Source of the DNA: Octopus bimaculoides
Taxonomy: Eukaryota
Assembly: GCF_001194135.2 (NCBI RefSeq)
Contig: NC_068985.1
Span: 110,390,946 to 110,454,945 of the forward strand
Direction: 5' to 3'
Length of the DNA: 64,000 nt
Position 1 is the stretch's first letter. Every line of letters begins with the position of its first letter. Of this stretch, positions 62,955-64,000 are shown piece after piece. Below the pieces are notes generated by a model. The model saw only the letters and a program-made list of their open reading frames with translations, ran no database searches and was not told the origin of the DNA. A program made the position numbers and the translations under genes.

Positions 62955-64000
62955 AGGCTGTTGGATGTTATATGATAATGATTGCTCACAAAAATTGAAA
63001 GAGAAGACTTATACAAATACAATATACATAAACATATATATATATAAGTGCCAGTTGATTACTGGGGGTTAATGTATTCAACTTACCCACTCCCCAGAAA
63101 TTGCTGGCCTTGTGCCAAAATTTCTAACCAATGTGTGTATTTGTGTGTGTGTATGTGTGTGAATACCCATATGTGTGTATGTATATATGTGCAAGTAATT
63201 ATTTCCTTTCATTCTTTTACAAGTTTCAGTTATTAAGTATGTAATTATGCATCATGATTTCTTTCTTATTATCCTTTTGGTATTTTTTTGATTTAAGCAA
63301 TTTTGTCAACTGTCTTCTACCTGTCTCTCTCTCTCACACACATGCACATACATACACATGTACACACAAACATTTGATAAGTTTATATTTAAATTTCTTT
63401 ATTTTTCTCCTTTTTTTTCTCTCTGTGTGTGTATATACATATATATGTGTTTCTGTGGCACAATAACGTTTCAAATTTTCACTCATATACACTTAAACAC
63501 TCATATAAACTTCTCTACACTATGAGGAGTTTCAAAACCCACCATGTATCCAAAGAATGGAGAGAGAACAAGAGAGAAAATACAATTTCAAAAATGCAGC
63601 AGAATATCTGATCTGTTGGGACATGTACTAAAGTTCTGTTGAACGTTTTTCCAGGAATTTATCACATATGTTTGATAATTCTAGCAAATATGCATGACAG
63701 GACTTTATCAAACATATCCTTTCCATGTCGGTTAGTTTATCATAGTAAGGTATCACTGTCATATAGAACAGAGAACAAATTTGTGCTAGACATGTCTGAT
63801 GGAATCTGTTATCCCCACATACTCTTATCATTAAAAAGAACATAATCCTATCAAGACACAAATGAGGGTGCATGTGATTGAATCTTTGTATCACATAGCT
63901 CAGTGGTCAAGGTGTTGCACTCACGACCCCAAGATCATGGTTTCAATTCCTAGCTTAGGTGAGTAAAACACTCCATTTCATATTGCTCTGTAATCACTTT

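Overview
Eukaryotic, AT-rich, gap-ridden scaffold. The repeat families look like those of a coleoid cephalopod, probably Octopus (recognition from memory, not a database result). The window is dominated by one plus-strand gene: a 5'-partial SLC26 (pendrin/prestin-like) anion exchanger with 16 GT-AG coding exons from 7634 to 49722. These give about 652 aa in one continuous frame, covering the transmembrane domain, STAS domain and tail; the N-terminal exon(s) were not found. The rest is intronic or intergenic: four tRNA-type SINE families (my labels A-D), three mariner elements, Helitron remnants, a Penelope GIY-YIG fragment, RTE, CR1/L2-like and R4-like LINE relics, piggyBac-like and Tc1-like MITEs, minisatellites and many microsatellites, most of which sit beside N gaps. 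Almost all ORFs in the supplied track are microsatellite or repeat artefacts. I did not find a convincing new multi-gene system. The most unusual features are repeat architectures: a MITE expanded into an internal five-unit array inside an R4-like LINE, a fold-back mariner with two 5' ends, and three long intronic inverted repeats that could form dsRNA in the SLC26 pre-mRNA. Repeat boundaries were read by eye and are approximate unless a TSD or TIR is quoted.
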